This document shows positions 10,330-19,629 of a DNA stretch of 64,000 bases, in pieces. The stretch lies in the IMG/VR virus record IMGVR_UViG_3300024358_000009, positions 124,001 through 188,000 of that record. One strand, given 5' to 3'. Position 1 is the first letter of the stretch; each line of letters starts with the position of its first letter. The notes under the pieces are model-generated. The model was not told the DNA's origin, searched no databases, and saw only the letters and a program-made list of their open reading frames with translations. The position numbers and the translations under genes were made by a program.

Positions 10330-11168
10330 GTGCTTTCCTTCTGTTCTTCCATAGTGTCAGCGTTCAAAATTGGCAAATCGGAGTTCCCATCCTCATAAAC
10401 ATGGGCAGATCCTAGTCTTTCCATCTCCTTAGATGACACATGCTTCATGATTTCCATGTGTCGCCCCATAAGTTCTCTGTTCTCTTCGTCTTGTAACTGC
10501 TTGATAATAGCTAAAAAGCTCTGTTTTGACGACTCAATTCTTGTAACTCTCTGCTCTCTAGTGGCTTTTAGGTCTTTTAGTAGTGCCTGATGCTTCTCTT
10601 CAAGCTTAATGAACTCACTAGATCGTGCTTGCTCTGCCTGTTTTGCTGCCTGAATCTGTGCTTCGAGCGATAAAACATACTCTCTGTCTTGTTCTGACAT
10701 TGCAGAACGGTCTGGAAAAGTAGAAAGATAGTCATTTTGCATAGAGACAAGCCTAGCTATCTCTTGTGCTGCACTGTATTTTGCTTTCGCATTACGGTGC
10801 ATCATAATTTCAAACTTTATAAGCAGAGAAATTTGAGTTTGTTCGGTCACTAACACATCATCTTTGAACTGAGCCATATACTGAGCGTACTTTTCTTCAT
10901 AATAAAGCAACTCATTGGGCGAAAGTTCTTCTGTTAACTGCTGCCAAGTCTTTGTTCTCTTAATATCCTTAGCTATTTCAACTTCTTTTTCGTTTAAAGA
11001 AGCCAATCGGCGATCAGCCTTGAGCATTAGTTCGCTCTGTTTAATCACTCTCTTTACTTGAGCCTCGCTCTTATTTAATAGAGTAGCAATTTCTGTAACG
11101 CCCATGGTTTTGGACAAGTTAAGAATTTGCTCCTTGTCATCACTCGTTACTGTCGTCTTCCTCGCCAT
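10326..11168 (-). CDS. HTH plus coiled-coil protein, candidate terminase small subunit
   Basis: N-terminal HTH (MGVTEIATLLNKSEAQVKR); lies upstream of terL in the same operon. Confidence 0.45.
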   Translation of the reverse strand: MARKTTVTSDDKEQILNLSKTMGVTEIATLLNKSEAQVKRVIKQSELMLKADRRLASLNEKEVEIAKDIKRTKTWQQLTEELSPNELLYYEEKYAQYMAQFKDDVLVTEQTQISLLIKFEIMMHRNAKAKYSAAQEIARLVSMQNDYLSTFPDRSAMSEQDREYVLSLEAQIQAAKQAEQARSSEFIKLEEKHQALLKDLKATREQRVTRIESSKQSFLAIIKQLQDEENRELMGRHMEIMKHVSSKEMERLGSAHVYEDGNSDLPILNADTMEEQKEST

Positions 11169-11772
11169 TAGTTCTCCACTCCGAAAGAATGTCTTTTATA
11201 TAAATTTCTAATTGTTTTTTCTTGGCCTTACTTATAGAAACACCCGCCCTCAGTTGTAAATATACCTGTCTTAATTCTACTGGAAGTTTTTCGTCTATTA
11301 ATTCTAACATTTCTTGAGTGGCGACATCATTAATAATATCGGAATCTCTTTCTATACTTTTGTCGCTAACGCTTGTGATATCACATGGTCGCATTAAGTT
11401 TTGCTTAGAGGAATTTCTTTTTTTCCAAGCTTTATATTTATCGCAGTACTCGCCATTTCCATGATCGCCCTCTTCATGACAAATTTTACAGGGCGGATCT
11501 GAGCGGTGAAATTTATCTCTTTTAAAATTAATCAGTCTGTTTTTTATATGTGAGTACAAGAAATTTTCTAGGGGGCGTTTGTTGTCGTAACGAGCCATAG
11601 CCTCCAAGCCAAATATTCTGGCTTCTTGCCTAATGTCATTTATATCGAAATAACCAAAGGAAAACCCTTGGCCTAAAATTGAAACTATCTTGTCTATTAT
11701 TGTAATTACTTCATCTACATCAAATTTTTTAGTTTTCAGTTTTAATGTTTTCTTCGATGATTTTTTCGGCAT
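11140..11772 (-). CDS. Sigma-70 family sigma factor (candidate late sigma)
   Basis: Region 2-like DIRQEARIFGLEAMARYD...FLYSHIKNRLINFKR, a Cys/His insertion and a short C-terminal helical region. Confidence 0.7.
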   Translation of the reverse strand: MPKKSSKKTLKLKTKKFDVDEVITIIDKIVSILGQGFSFGYFDINDIRQEARIFGLEAMARYDNKRPLENFLYSHIKNRLINFKRDKFHRSDPPCKICHEEGDHGNGEYCDKYKAWKKRNSSKQNLMRPCDITSVSDKSIERDSDIINDVATQEMLELIDEKLPVELRQVYLQLRAGVSISKAKKKQLEIYIKDILSEWRTNGEEDDSNE

Positions 11773-11890
11773 CTTTTGGATCTGTTTCTGTTAGTTCGGC
11801 CTTTGTTTTTTCTGCCAGATCTTCTTGTGCTTTCGTACTTAATACAGTTATAATATTTTCATCTGTCATTAAAACCTCCTGAGATGTAAT

Positions 11891-12091
11891 ATGGCTAGAG
11901 TCAGTTGGACGGAATCAATGTTGAAATTCGTAAGAGAAAATCATCATAGCATGACTGACAATCAACTTGCTCTTGCTTTATCTTCTATTATAGGCGTTCG
12001 TGTGTCAAGTCATAGCGTCAGAAACATTAGAGAAGAAAAGGGTTATACAAAATGGAAAAGGTCTTCAACCAAAGATCACCCCACATCGTAG
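11891..12091 (+). CDS. Small HTH-like protein
   Basis: Pattern W...MTDNQLALALS...SHSVRNIR. Confidence 0.5.
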   Translation: MARVSWTESMLKFVRENHHSMTDNQLALALSSIIGVRVSSHSVRNIREEKGYTKWKRSSTKDHPTS

Positions 12092-12642
12092 TAGTTGACA
12101 ACTTCTACAAAGATCCAGACTCTATAGTTCGTTTAGCAGAAGAACAGGAGTATCAGCCACAGAGCAAATACTACAAGGGCGTTAGAACGGCGGAACGCTT
12201 TTTATTTCCATATGTAAGAGAAGAGTTTCAAAGACTTCTCAATTTGGAAATTACAGATTGGTTAAACCAGCCAATGAATGGCATTTTCCAGAAGACTAGT
12301 AAGGATGACCCTCTAGTGTGGCATAGTGATAGTCAAGACTATGCAGCTGCTATTTATCTAACTAAAGATGCTCCTGTAACTATGGGAACATCATTTTGGC
12401 AAGATACAAAGTTTGGGTGTAGAAGACCGCCTAGCCATCCACTTGAGAATAAGTCCGTTCAAGAGAGTGAAATCTACACAGAGTACAATCTTTTGCATAA
12501 AGACAATTGGCAGTTAGTTGATAAAGTAGGGGCGGTTTATAATCGACTAGCTCTTTGGGATGCAAAATTAATACATTCAGCTAGTGAGTATGGTTCAATG
12601 GATCGTTTAGTACAACTTTTCTTCTTTAGCGTCAAAAGATAG
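12052..12642 (+). CDS. 2OG-Fe(II) oxygenase (DUF6445-like)
   Basis: VVDNFYKDPD start, HxD (WHSD), YNRL..W, distal His and RLVQLFFF. Confidence 0.8.
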   Translation: MEKVFNQRSPHIVVVDNFYKDPDSIVRLAEEQEYQPQSKYYKGVRTAERFLFPYVREEFQRLLNLEITDWLNQPMNGIFQKTSKDDPLVWHSDSQDYAAAIYLTKDAPVTMGTSFWQDTKFGCRRPPSHPLENKSVQESEIYTEYNLLHKDNWQLVDKVGAVYNRLALWDAKLIHSASEYGSMDRLVQLFFFSVKR

Positions 12643-12650
12643 GGCGAACT

Positions 12651-13211
12651 ATGAGAGCCTTTTGGCAATTCTGGGGAAGTTATTTTAGCAAAGAACAATG
12701 TGATGAGATTATTAACAAGGCGTTAACTATTCCGTCTATACAAGCAAGTACTTATGGGGCGGTTTCCGACCTCCGAAGTTCAAGAGTCAGGTGGATACAT
12801 AGGGGCGATTTGAGTTGGAATTGGATGTTTACGCATATAGAGAACATATTTAGAAGGGCGAATGGAGCTTTTGGGTTTGATCTTAACTATTTTCACGAAA
12901 TCCAGTTCACAGAATACGATTCAGCCTATGGTGGCCACTACGGTTGGCATGAAGACCTATTATGGGTTCCCAGAAACGATTCAGCAATTCAGCGTAAGCT
13001 CTCAATAGTCATACAGTTATCAGATCCAGCTGAATATACAGGGGGCGATCTTCAGTTTGATATGGCAGAAGAAAAGCCTGACGCTAATCATTTAAAGTTT
13101 CAAGGATCTGCTATTGTATTCCCTTCTTTTGTTAAGCATCGAGTAACACCTGTCGAAACTGGTCGTAGATACAGCCTTGTAACTTGGTACGAAGGACCGC
13201 CTTTCCGTTAA
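12651..13211 (+). CDS. 2OG-Fe(II) oxygenase, PKHD/prolyl-4-hydroxylase type
   Basis: Motifs HYGWHED, RKLSIVIQLS, YTGGDL, FPSF..HRVTPV and GRRYSLVTW. Confidence 0.9.
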   Translation: MRAFWQFWGSYFSKEQCDEIINKALTIPSIQASTYGAVSDLRSSRVRWIHRGDLSWNWMFTHIENIFRRANGAFGFDLNYFHEIQFTEYDSAYGGHYGWHEDLLWVPRNDSAIQRKLSIVIQLSDPAEYTGGDLQFDMAEEKPDANHLKFQGSAIVFPSFVKHRVTPVETGRRYSLVTWYEGPPFR

Positions 13212-13471
13212 GGGGCAACCGAGGAAGTTTAGGTAGTACATTTTGTTGTGTGGGTGGGGATTATGTTTGAACCGCCCACCCCCCCGGGGCCGGGCCGGGT
13301 CGGTAAGCTGGGCAAGATAAATACCCTAGGCAAGCCGTCGCCGTAAAGCCTTATACAATAAGCACTTAAGAAAAATAAAAAAAACAAAAAAATTTTTATC
13401 GCCATAACCCCTTACGCCATAACAACTTAAAATTATTTTAAAAATATTTTATAAAAAAAGTATTTTTGCTA

Positions 13472-13500
13472 TTGTTTTTTATTTTATTGGACGATATACT
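13472..13500 (+). promoter_or_regulatory. Host sigma70-type promoter for the ECF sigma gene
   Basis: TTGTTT-N17-TATACT preceded by A/T tracts. Confidence 0.65.
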
Positions 13501-13556
13501 AATTACATAAGCAATGCACTTCGCAATGCTAACAGTAGTGAAAAGGAATTAGAATT

Positions 13557-14045
13557 ATGACCACTTCAATCGACTATGCAAAGATTACTGAAAAGCTTGT
13601 TTCCGCACTTGGCAAGAAAATACGCAACTATGCGGACTGCCAAGACATAGCTCAAAATATCCTAGTGTATGCTTTGCAAAGTTATAACCCTGCTATGGGA
13701 TCGGCTTTTGAAACGCACTGCTTTACTGTTATGCGTGGCAAGTCCATTGATTTCCTGAGAAGTAAATCCCGCAAGGGTAATCTGGTAAGCTGGGATATCC
13801 TTGAAGCTAATGACAATAATTCAGAAAAAACACTAGCACAAGGTATAGAAATTGCCGAAAAAACCTCCAAGTATAACCTATTGGAGATTGCAGAAGAATA
13901 CTGCAACGAACAAGAATATTTTATCATCCAACGCAAGCTTGAAGGCTTCGATGGATATGAAATAGCCAATATGCTAGGGGTTAGCCCAGGATATGTTAGT
14001 CAACAATTGTCAAGAGCAATAGAGAAAATGAAGGGGGGGTTCTAG
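13557..14045 (+). CDS. ECF-like sigma-70 factor
   Basis: 162 aa with only region 2 (DCQDIAQN...SIDFLR) and a region 4 HTH (GYEIANMLGVSPGYVSQQLSRA); AAAGGAA RBS. Confidence 0.85.
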   Translation: MTTSIDYAKITEKLVSALGKKIRNYADCQDIAQNILVYALQSYNPAMGSAFETHCFTVMRGKSIDFLRSKSRKGNLVSWDILEANDNNSEKTLAQGIEIAEKTSKYNLLEIAEEYCNEQEYFIIQRKLEGFDGYEIANMLGVSPGYVSQQLSRAIEKMKGGF

Positions 14046-14100
14046 GCCGAAATCGCCGATAGGCGATCTATCCGTTAGGCGGGTACTGATGAGGCCAGGA
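14040..14100 (+). ncRNA. Hammerhead ribozyme, type II (stem II open)
   Basis: GGCC-GAAA-UCGCC(GAUA)GGCGA-UC^-UAUCCG(UUAGG)CGGGUA-CUGAUGA-GGCC: complete core plus three stems; predicted cleavage after C14068. Confidence 0.92.
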
Positions 14101-14126
14101 GTCCTTAATAGAAAAGGGAATTGACT

Positions 14127-14294
14127 ATGTTGGAAAGTACTGAGAATGTAGCAACCATGGAATGCACAACTTGCGGGTTGACCATATCGGTAGAACGGTT
14201 GACCATGCGGGTCATATCTGAGAATGAAGTGCACCCCACATGCTGTATGTGCATGAGGGAATTGGAAGAATCTGAAACCCCATTGGGGGTTTAA
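14127..14294 (+). CDS. Small Zn-finger-like protein (55 aa)
   Basis: RBS AAAGGGAA; CTTC...CMC; followed by hairpin AAACCCCC/GGGGGTTT. Confidence 0.55.
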   Translation: MLESTENVATMECTTCGLTISVERLTMRVISENEVHPTCCMCMRELEESETPLGV

Positions 14295-14522
14295 TCTAAA
14301 GGGTTTTAACCTAACCTGCCAGTCTTACCCAACCTGGCCGGACCAGCCTCGGTACGCACATAGGTAATTGTATTACTTGTACTATGCCCGCAAAAATTGG
14401 ATATCTTTATCTTATTATCCAAATATCTTTTTAAAAATATTTTATTTTTATTGTAAATAAATCTGCAAGCGTAGCGAATAAGATTATATAAGAGAGAAGG
14501 GAATAAACAAAAGGAGAATAAA

Positions 14523-14681
14523 ATGGAAATTACTTGCTTGTGCGGAATTGATAATGAGGGAAATATAAACGATGGAATTATCTGCCATATGTGCGAAGGT
14601 CAACTGGCAGGGATGATAGAAAAATGGAATATCGAACAAGCCCTAATGGAAGAATATGAAAATAATTTAGAAAAGTTCTAA
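14523..14681 (+). CDS. Small Cys-containing early protein (52 aa)
   Basis: Promoter and AAGGAG RBS; MEITCLCG...CHMC. Confidence 0.6.
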   Translation: MEITCLCGIDNEGNINDGIICHMCEGQLAGMIEKWNIEQALMEEYENNLEKF

Positions 14682-14724
14682 ATATTTTCTGGTACAGGAC
14701 GAATAAGTATAAAAGGAGATAAAG

Positions 14725-14940
14725 ATGAACGATTTTGATTTTTGTGATTCTTATGACTACTCAGCATATGTAGAAGCCTTTGAGCAAGGCGTGGATGATG
14801 TGGATTTCCCCGATGATATAGGGGAAGACATGTCCGAATATGAGGGGGATCTAACCCCAGGCGAAGGGGATTATTCGGATATCTTCGACCCAGGTGATGA
14901 GATAGTCGATGATGATGGTGATTATTCGGATTGCGAATAA
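14725..14940 (+). CDS. Extremely acidic small protein
   Basis: Own promoter and AAGGAG RBS; 71 aa dominated by D/E with no K or R. Confidence 0.7.
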   Translation: MNDFDFCDSYDYSAYVEAFEQGVDDVDFPDDIGEDMSEYEGDLTPGEGDYSDIFDPGDEIVDDDGDYSDCE

Positions 14941-15015
14941 CGCCAAGGTTTCCCAGTATATCCATAAAACTGGGGGGCAAATAGTCAACTATATTTTTAC
15001 AGAAAGGAAACGACT

Positions 15016-15315
15016 ATGTTTACGATTACTGCCGGATGTTTTAATCAGCCATGTGACCTCCAAGAGCAAATTGGGAAGTCTATTGTTATAGCTGACTACG
15101 CAAGCCCTGATGAGGCTGGCAAACAAGTTGCCAAACGAATAGGTAAAATAGTAGCGTTTAGGCGGTTTTGGCCTAAATATGTAGAGAAGGATGGTAAATG
15201 CAGAATGACTAACCTGATAACGGTTGAATATCAAAGCGATAATCATTATGCAGAGAAAACCATCTCTTCCTATCATCTAGGTAAGATTAGATCTGGGGTT
15301 ATCTTGCCAGTATAA
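15016..15315 (+). CDS. Hypothetical early protein
   Basis: 99 aa; GAAAGGAA RBS. Confidence 0.65.
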   Translation: MFTITAGCFNQPCDLQEQIGKSIVIADYASPDEAGKQVAKRIGKIVAFRRFWPKYVEKDGKCRMTNLITVEYQSDNHYAEKTISSYHLGKIRSGVILPV

Positions 15316-15380
15316 ACAAAAAAGTTTTTCCTGTTTTTTCCTAAATAAAAGCAGGGGGCAAGCGAATAAGAGTATATAAC

Positions 15381-15603
15381 GCTAGGGCACTTGCTGATAC
15401 AAGAGGGCCACTTCCTTGGTGAAAATGGGCTTATCAGAGTCTAAGTAACCTTAAGAGGATGGGATAGTTCGAGACTATCTGGCGTAACCATATAATGATA
15501 GGTATGTTTGGTGTTTAGGTGCAATCCTCCGTGAGATACGGCAAAACGAAAAACACCGTTTTTAAACCTGTTAGTGGGGATGTCTTATCCCTGCTAACCC
15601 TAC
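15381..15603 (+). ncRNA. Candidate structured ncRNA (about 220 nt)
   Basis: Starts just after the promoter at 15363; no RBS-led ORF; multiple helices, with G-U pairs favouring the + strand. Confidence 0.55.
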
Positions 15604-15880
15604 CGAAATTGGATATCTTTATCTAATTATATTCTTTTAAAATTTTTTTATTTTGTTGTAAATAATTTTACCCTGCCAGCGAATAAGATTATATAAGCTT
15701 GGTGGTAATGCTTAAACCATCTATGCGAATGAGTATAGAATGAGGGGAGCCTGGACTATAATTGGATAATCTTATCTTATTATATTATTTAAAATAATTT
15801 TATTTTTTTTGTAAATAAATCATAAGCACTAGCGAATAAGTATATATAAGAGATAACGATAACAACAAAAGGAGATTAAA

Positions 15881-16069
15881 ATGAGCAACTACAATCCATT
15901 CGTTTGCAATTTTGAAAGAGAAGTTGAGATTGCAAAAGGGATGAGTAATCAAGGTTTAATTTCGGCAATCGCCGAATGTCTAGAATGTATTTCAATAGGC
16001 TGTAATACAGATAAATATGTGGATCAAGCCAAAGTGTATAGGCAAGAGTTGGCCAAAAGGGTAAGATAA
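15881..16069 (+). CDS. Hypothetical early protein
   Basis: Promoter and AAGGAG RBS; 62 aa. Confidence 0.7.
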   Translation: MSNYNPFVCNFEREVEIAKGMSNQGLISAIAECLECISIGCNTDKYVDQAKVYRQELAKRVR

Positions 16070-16131
16070 AATAATTTTTTTATAAATATTTTAATCTTAC
16101 AAGCGAATAAGTTAGTATAAAGGAGAATGAT

Positions 16132-16815
16132 ATGAAAATGGAATTGAATACTGTTGAGATTAATACTTCTAAGACTCAGAAGATGCCATGGGAAAGTTGG
16201 GATTTACCAGCTTGGATGTGCAAGACTGGTGCTAAGTTAGTAAAGGTAAAGGGTTCTATATGTGAAGGATGCTATGCATTAAAAGGACGATACATATTTG
16301 GAACGGTGAAGAATGCAAACTTAAAAAGATTTGATCAAATAAAAGATATAAATAACTTGGAAGATTGGAAAAATTCTTTCATAAGCTTATTCAAGTCTAA
16401 GCTAAAAAGACTTTCAGCAGAAAAAAGGTTTTTCAGATGGTTTACTAGTGGGGATTTGCAATCCGTAGATATGTTAGTAGCAATTGTAAATATTGCAAAA
16501 GCTATTCCAGAAATTCAATTCTGGTTGCCAACAAAAGAACATGGCATAATAAGGGAATACCAAGCCATACATGGTGAATTCCCTGCAAATCTTAATGTTC
16601 GTGTTTCAATGTTCATGGTCAATCAGGAACCAAGTAAGGGCTTAGGTTTACCTACCAGTACAGTAGTTAATTCCCCTGATGATATGAATGATAAACATCA
16701 GAACTTGTGCCCTGCTAGTCTTGAACAATTCAACGGCAAAGCCGAGGTTAATTGTGGAGATTGCAGGAAATGCTGGGATAAGAATGTAGATAATGTGGCA
16801 TACATATACCACTAA
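16132..16815 (+). CDS. Gp88-like phage protein (Cys-rich, radical-SAM-related)
   Basis: Motifs C.TG.KL..VKGSICEGCYA, FRWFTSGD, FWLPTKE, CPA and CGDCRKCW. Confidence 0.75.
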   Translation: MKMELNTVEINTSKTQKMPWESWDLPAWMCKTGAKLVKVKGSICEGCYALKGRYIFGTVKNANLKRFDQIKDINNLEDWKNSFISLFKSKLKRLSAEKRFFRWFTSGDLQSVDMLVAIVNIAKAIPEIQFWLPTKEHGIIREYQAIHGEFPANLNVRVSMFMVNQEPSKGLGLPTSTVVNSPDDMNDKHQNLCPASLEQFNGKAEVNCGDCRKCWDKNVDNVAYIYH

Positions 16816-16868
16816 GAATTCTGGAAATAATTTTCTTTGGGAAACGAATAAGTAAGTAAGAGGTCAAT

Positions 16869-19312
16869 ATGTTTAAGTTAAGATTTCACTTGGCGAACGG
16901 TCCACATAAATATAAGTGGCAACTAAAAGATAGTGAAGGAAATGTTACCTATGTAGATCCTGAAAGTGTTAACTTCACAATGAAAAATTGTAAGTTGCAT
17001 AATAGCAAAAAGATAGCAGAAAGTATTTATTCAGGCAAAGAGAAGACCGTATGTTCTTGGATAGAATGCCAAGATATATCGATAAGGTTAAGTAGCGAAG
17101 AATTTCCTGACGAATTTTTTAATAACGAAGTAAGTTATAATCCAAGGTTGGCCCCCTTCTGGAGAAATGTAGAAGGAGAAAATATTGACGGTAAATTCTT
17201 TGAAGTGCTAGAGACAAAAGGAAGGAAGGTTTACGCATGAGTGTTGAAGAATGGTCAATCGCTGGTATGTTACTAGGTGCACTAATGATGAGCGGATCTT
17301 TACTTGTGCTAGGACTATCATGGGCAATTCAAAAGCTTGAAGAATACTGGGGGCCAATGTGATCTTTGAACAAACTATAGGTTACTTGATGTTTTTTCTT
17401 TGCGTAATGATCGCTAATTTTTTTCTTCTATTCTCAGGAGATAACTAAATGACATTAGCAGTAACGCTATTTACAGTTTATTTAGTTATTATGGCATTCA
17501 TGGGGGCAAACAAATGAAAAATAAATTTTTGTATAAAAAGTGTATTCCGTATAGCATTGCAGTTGTTTCAATAAAAGAAGATAAGCTTGTCTTAATTAAA
17601 GATAAAAATATGGAAAAAGAATTAAATGAAATAAATGAAGAATTTGAATCTGATGAAATAGAATATAATGAATTCATTAAACAAACAAACGAATGCTTAG
17701 ATCATTATTTTAGCTTGTATTATGCAAGCTAGACTTGCCAAATTAGATATCTTTATCCAAATATAATTTTAAAAATTTTGTAAATAATTTTTTATATATA
17801 GCGAATAAGAATACAGAGGGTAAACCCGCCATGGGAAACTATGGGATGGGCAGAGCCTGGACTATAATTAGATAACTTTATCCGATTATCTTTTTATAAA
17901 ATTTTTATTTTTTTTGTAAATAAATTATAACTAATCACGAATAAGATTATATAAGAGGAAACAACTAAAACGAAAGGAAAAGAAGATGGAACTTGTAAGG
18001 GAAATCAAAGATTGGGCTTTGGATAATTATGATGCTGGCGGTCATTGGATTGTTGAAACTTTTTCCGATGAGGAGATTGCCGAACAGTTCAAGACATTGA
18101 ACGAAGCTAAAAAGTATTGTGGTTTAATACAAGATAGGCACGAAGATATCTGCAACGCATAAGGAGAATGAAATGGATTTTGTACTTGAGAATGTAGGCA
18201 AGATGGTAAAATTTTGGAACTTAATGCCAGAAACCTACCAAGGTTTTGGCTATGAAGTTGAAGGAGATTGGGATTACGATGCTGAAAAATTTCAGCCAAA
18301 GTGGTTTCAGTTGTATGACGAAGAACAGGTTTTGAGGTTAGGTTATTGTCCTCCCGACCTTTTGCAATATGTCGAAAGGGCTTGCAAAGAAATTGCTGCT
18401 GACCTTGAAGCGAAAGGTTTAATAGGTGATACATTAATCGAAGAAGACGAATACACATATGAGGATTATTTAGCTGACAAGGCAGACAAAGAATATTACG
18501 AAAGGAACTAATCATGTTTAAGTTTGTAGAAAAGCTATTTGGTTTTGATAGTGGTCGAATTGAGTATCTTGAATCGAAATGTTTGGAACAATCGGAGCTA
18601 ATTAAAAACCTTGCAGAAGGATTTAAAGAACAAACATTGTTATTGCAAAAGATAAGTGAACGAAAGCAAGATATTGACTATGACAGAATTGATATAGATT
18701 ACTACGATTTGGCAAACAAGATTAATTTAAAAGCCGTAGCTAGTGGAGTAGGTCTTAAATATCTAGCAGAAGAAATTGATCTTGGCGAATTAGCCAACAA
18801 TATCAGCCTAGATGATTTAAGTAGTTATTTCAATGTGGATGAAGTAGCAGCTAACTTAGACTTAAATGAGGATGATTTTGTAGATACTATTGCAGAAAAA
18901 GTTTTGGAAAAACTTGTAAATAAATATAGGGCGAAAGCCGAATAAGTATATAGAAAGGAGATGGTCATGATTAAGTTTACTCTGACAACTAAACAATTTG
19001 AACGCAGAGGCGTTATGGCAAGAGGAAGCTCACGCTTTAAGGACGAAAGAAAAAATCCTAAAGGCGGTAGAAGTGGCGACAAAGTTAGATTTAAGAAGGG
19101 AGAATACTAAAATGGATGTTGATGTAACACTAAGTTTGGTTGAAATAAAACAAATTGTAGAATCTTTGAGATACGAAGTTAGGGTAAGCAATTACATGAG
19201 AAAACATCGTAGTGAATACGCAAACCATCTTATTGAACTATCCAATAGGTTGGAAAAAATAATGATCTATCATGCAAGGAAGGATGATAAAGTTAGATGC
19301 GAACAACCTTAG
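16869..19312 (+). CDS. Cluster of small hypothetical early genes (16869-17240, 17514-17732, 17986-18162, 18173-18511, 18514-18945 and others)
   Basis: Closely packed ORFs with RBSs downstream of CGAATA promoters. Confidence 0.65.
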
Positions 19313-19599
19313 TCAAGGTTAATGTAGAGTTTATCTTGCCAGCATATCTAAGAACTAAAGAAGAAGTGGCAAGCTATATCAACACACATCTTAAGAACAA
19401 CAACAATCTTAAGTATGTAATGCTTATCGAAGGCGATGTAGAAGATTTTAACATTCAAGCAGAAAGGTTTTAACTATGATTGATTTTCTTTGCTCAATGT
19501 ATTTTGCTTTGGAGTTTTACCAAATGGAAGTAATCTTTAACTTGTTCGGTGATAGGATTTTGCTTTAGACTTCTTAGAGGAATATTTCCTCTGCTAAAG

Positions 19600-19629
19600 A
19601 TTTTATCAACCCGCCCAAAATCCTGTCAA
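19600..19629 (-). promoter_or_regulatory. Sigma70-type promoter on the antisense strand
   Basis: TTGACA-N18-TAAAAT with an extended -10 TG. Confidence 0.65.

Noticed and set aside
15607-15628. Palindrome as an Xer/dif recombination site
   Set aside because: Arms of 9 bp with a 4-bp spacer do not fit the 11-6-11 dif layout, and the fixed position upstream of promoters favours an operator.
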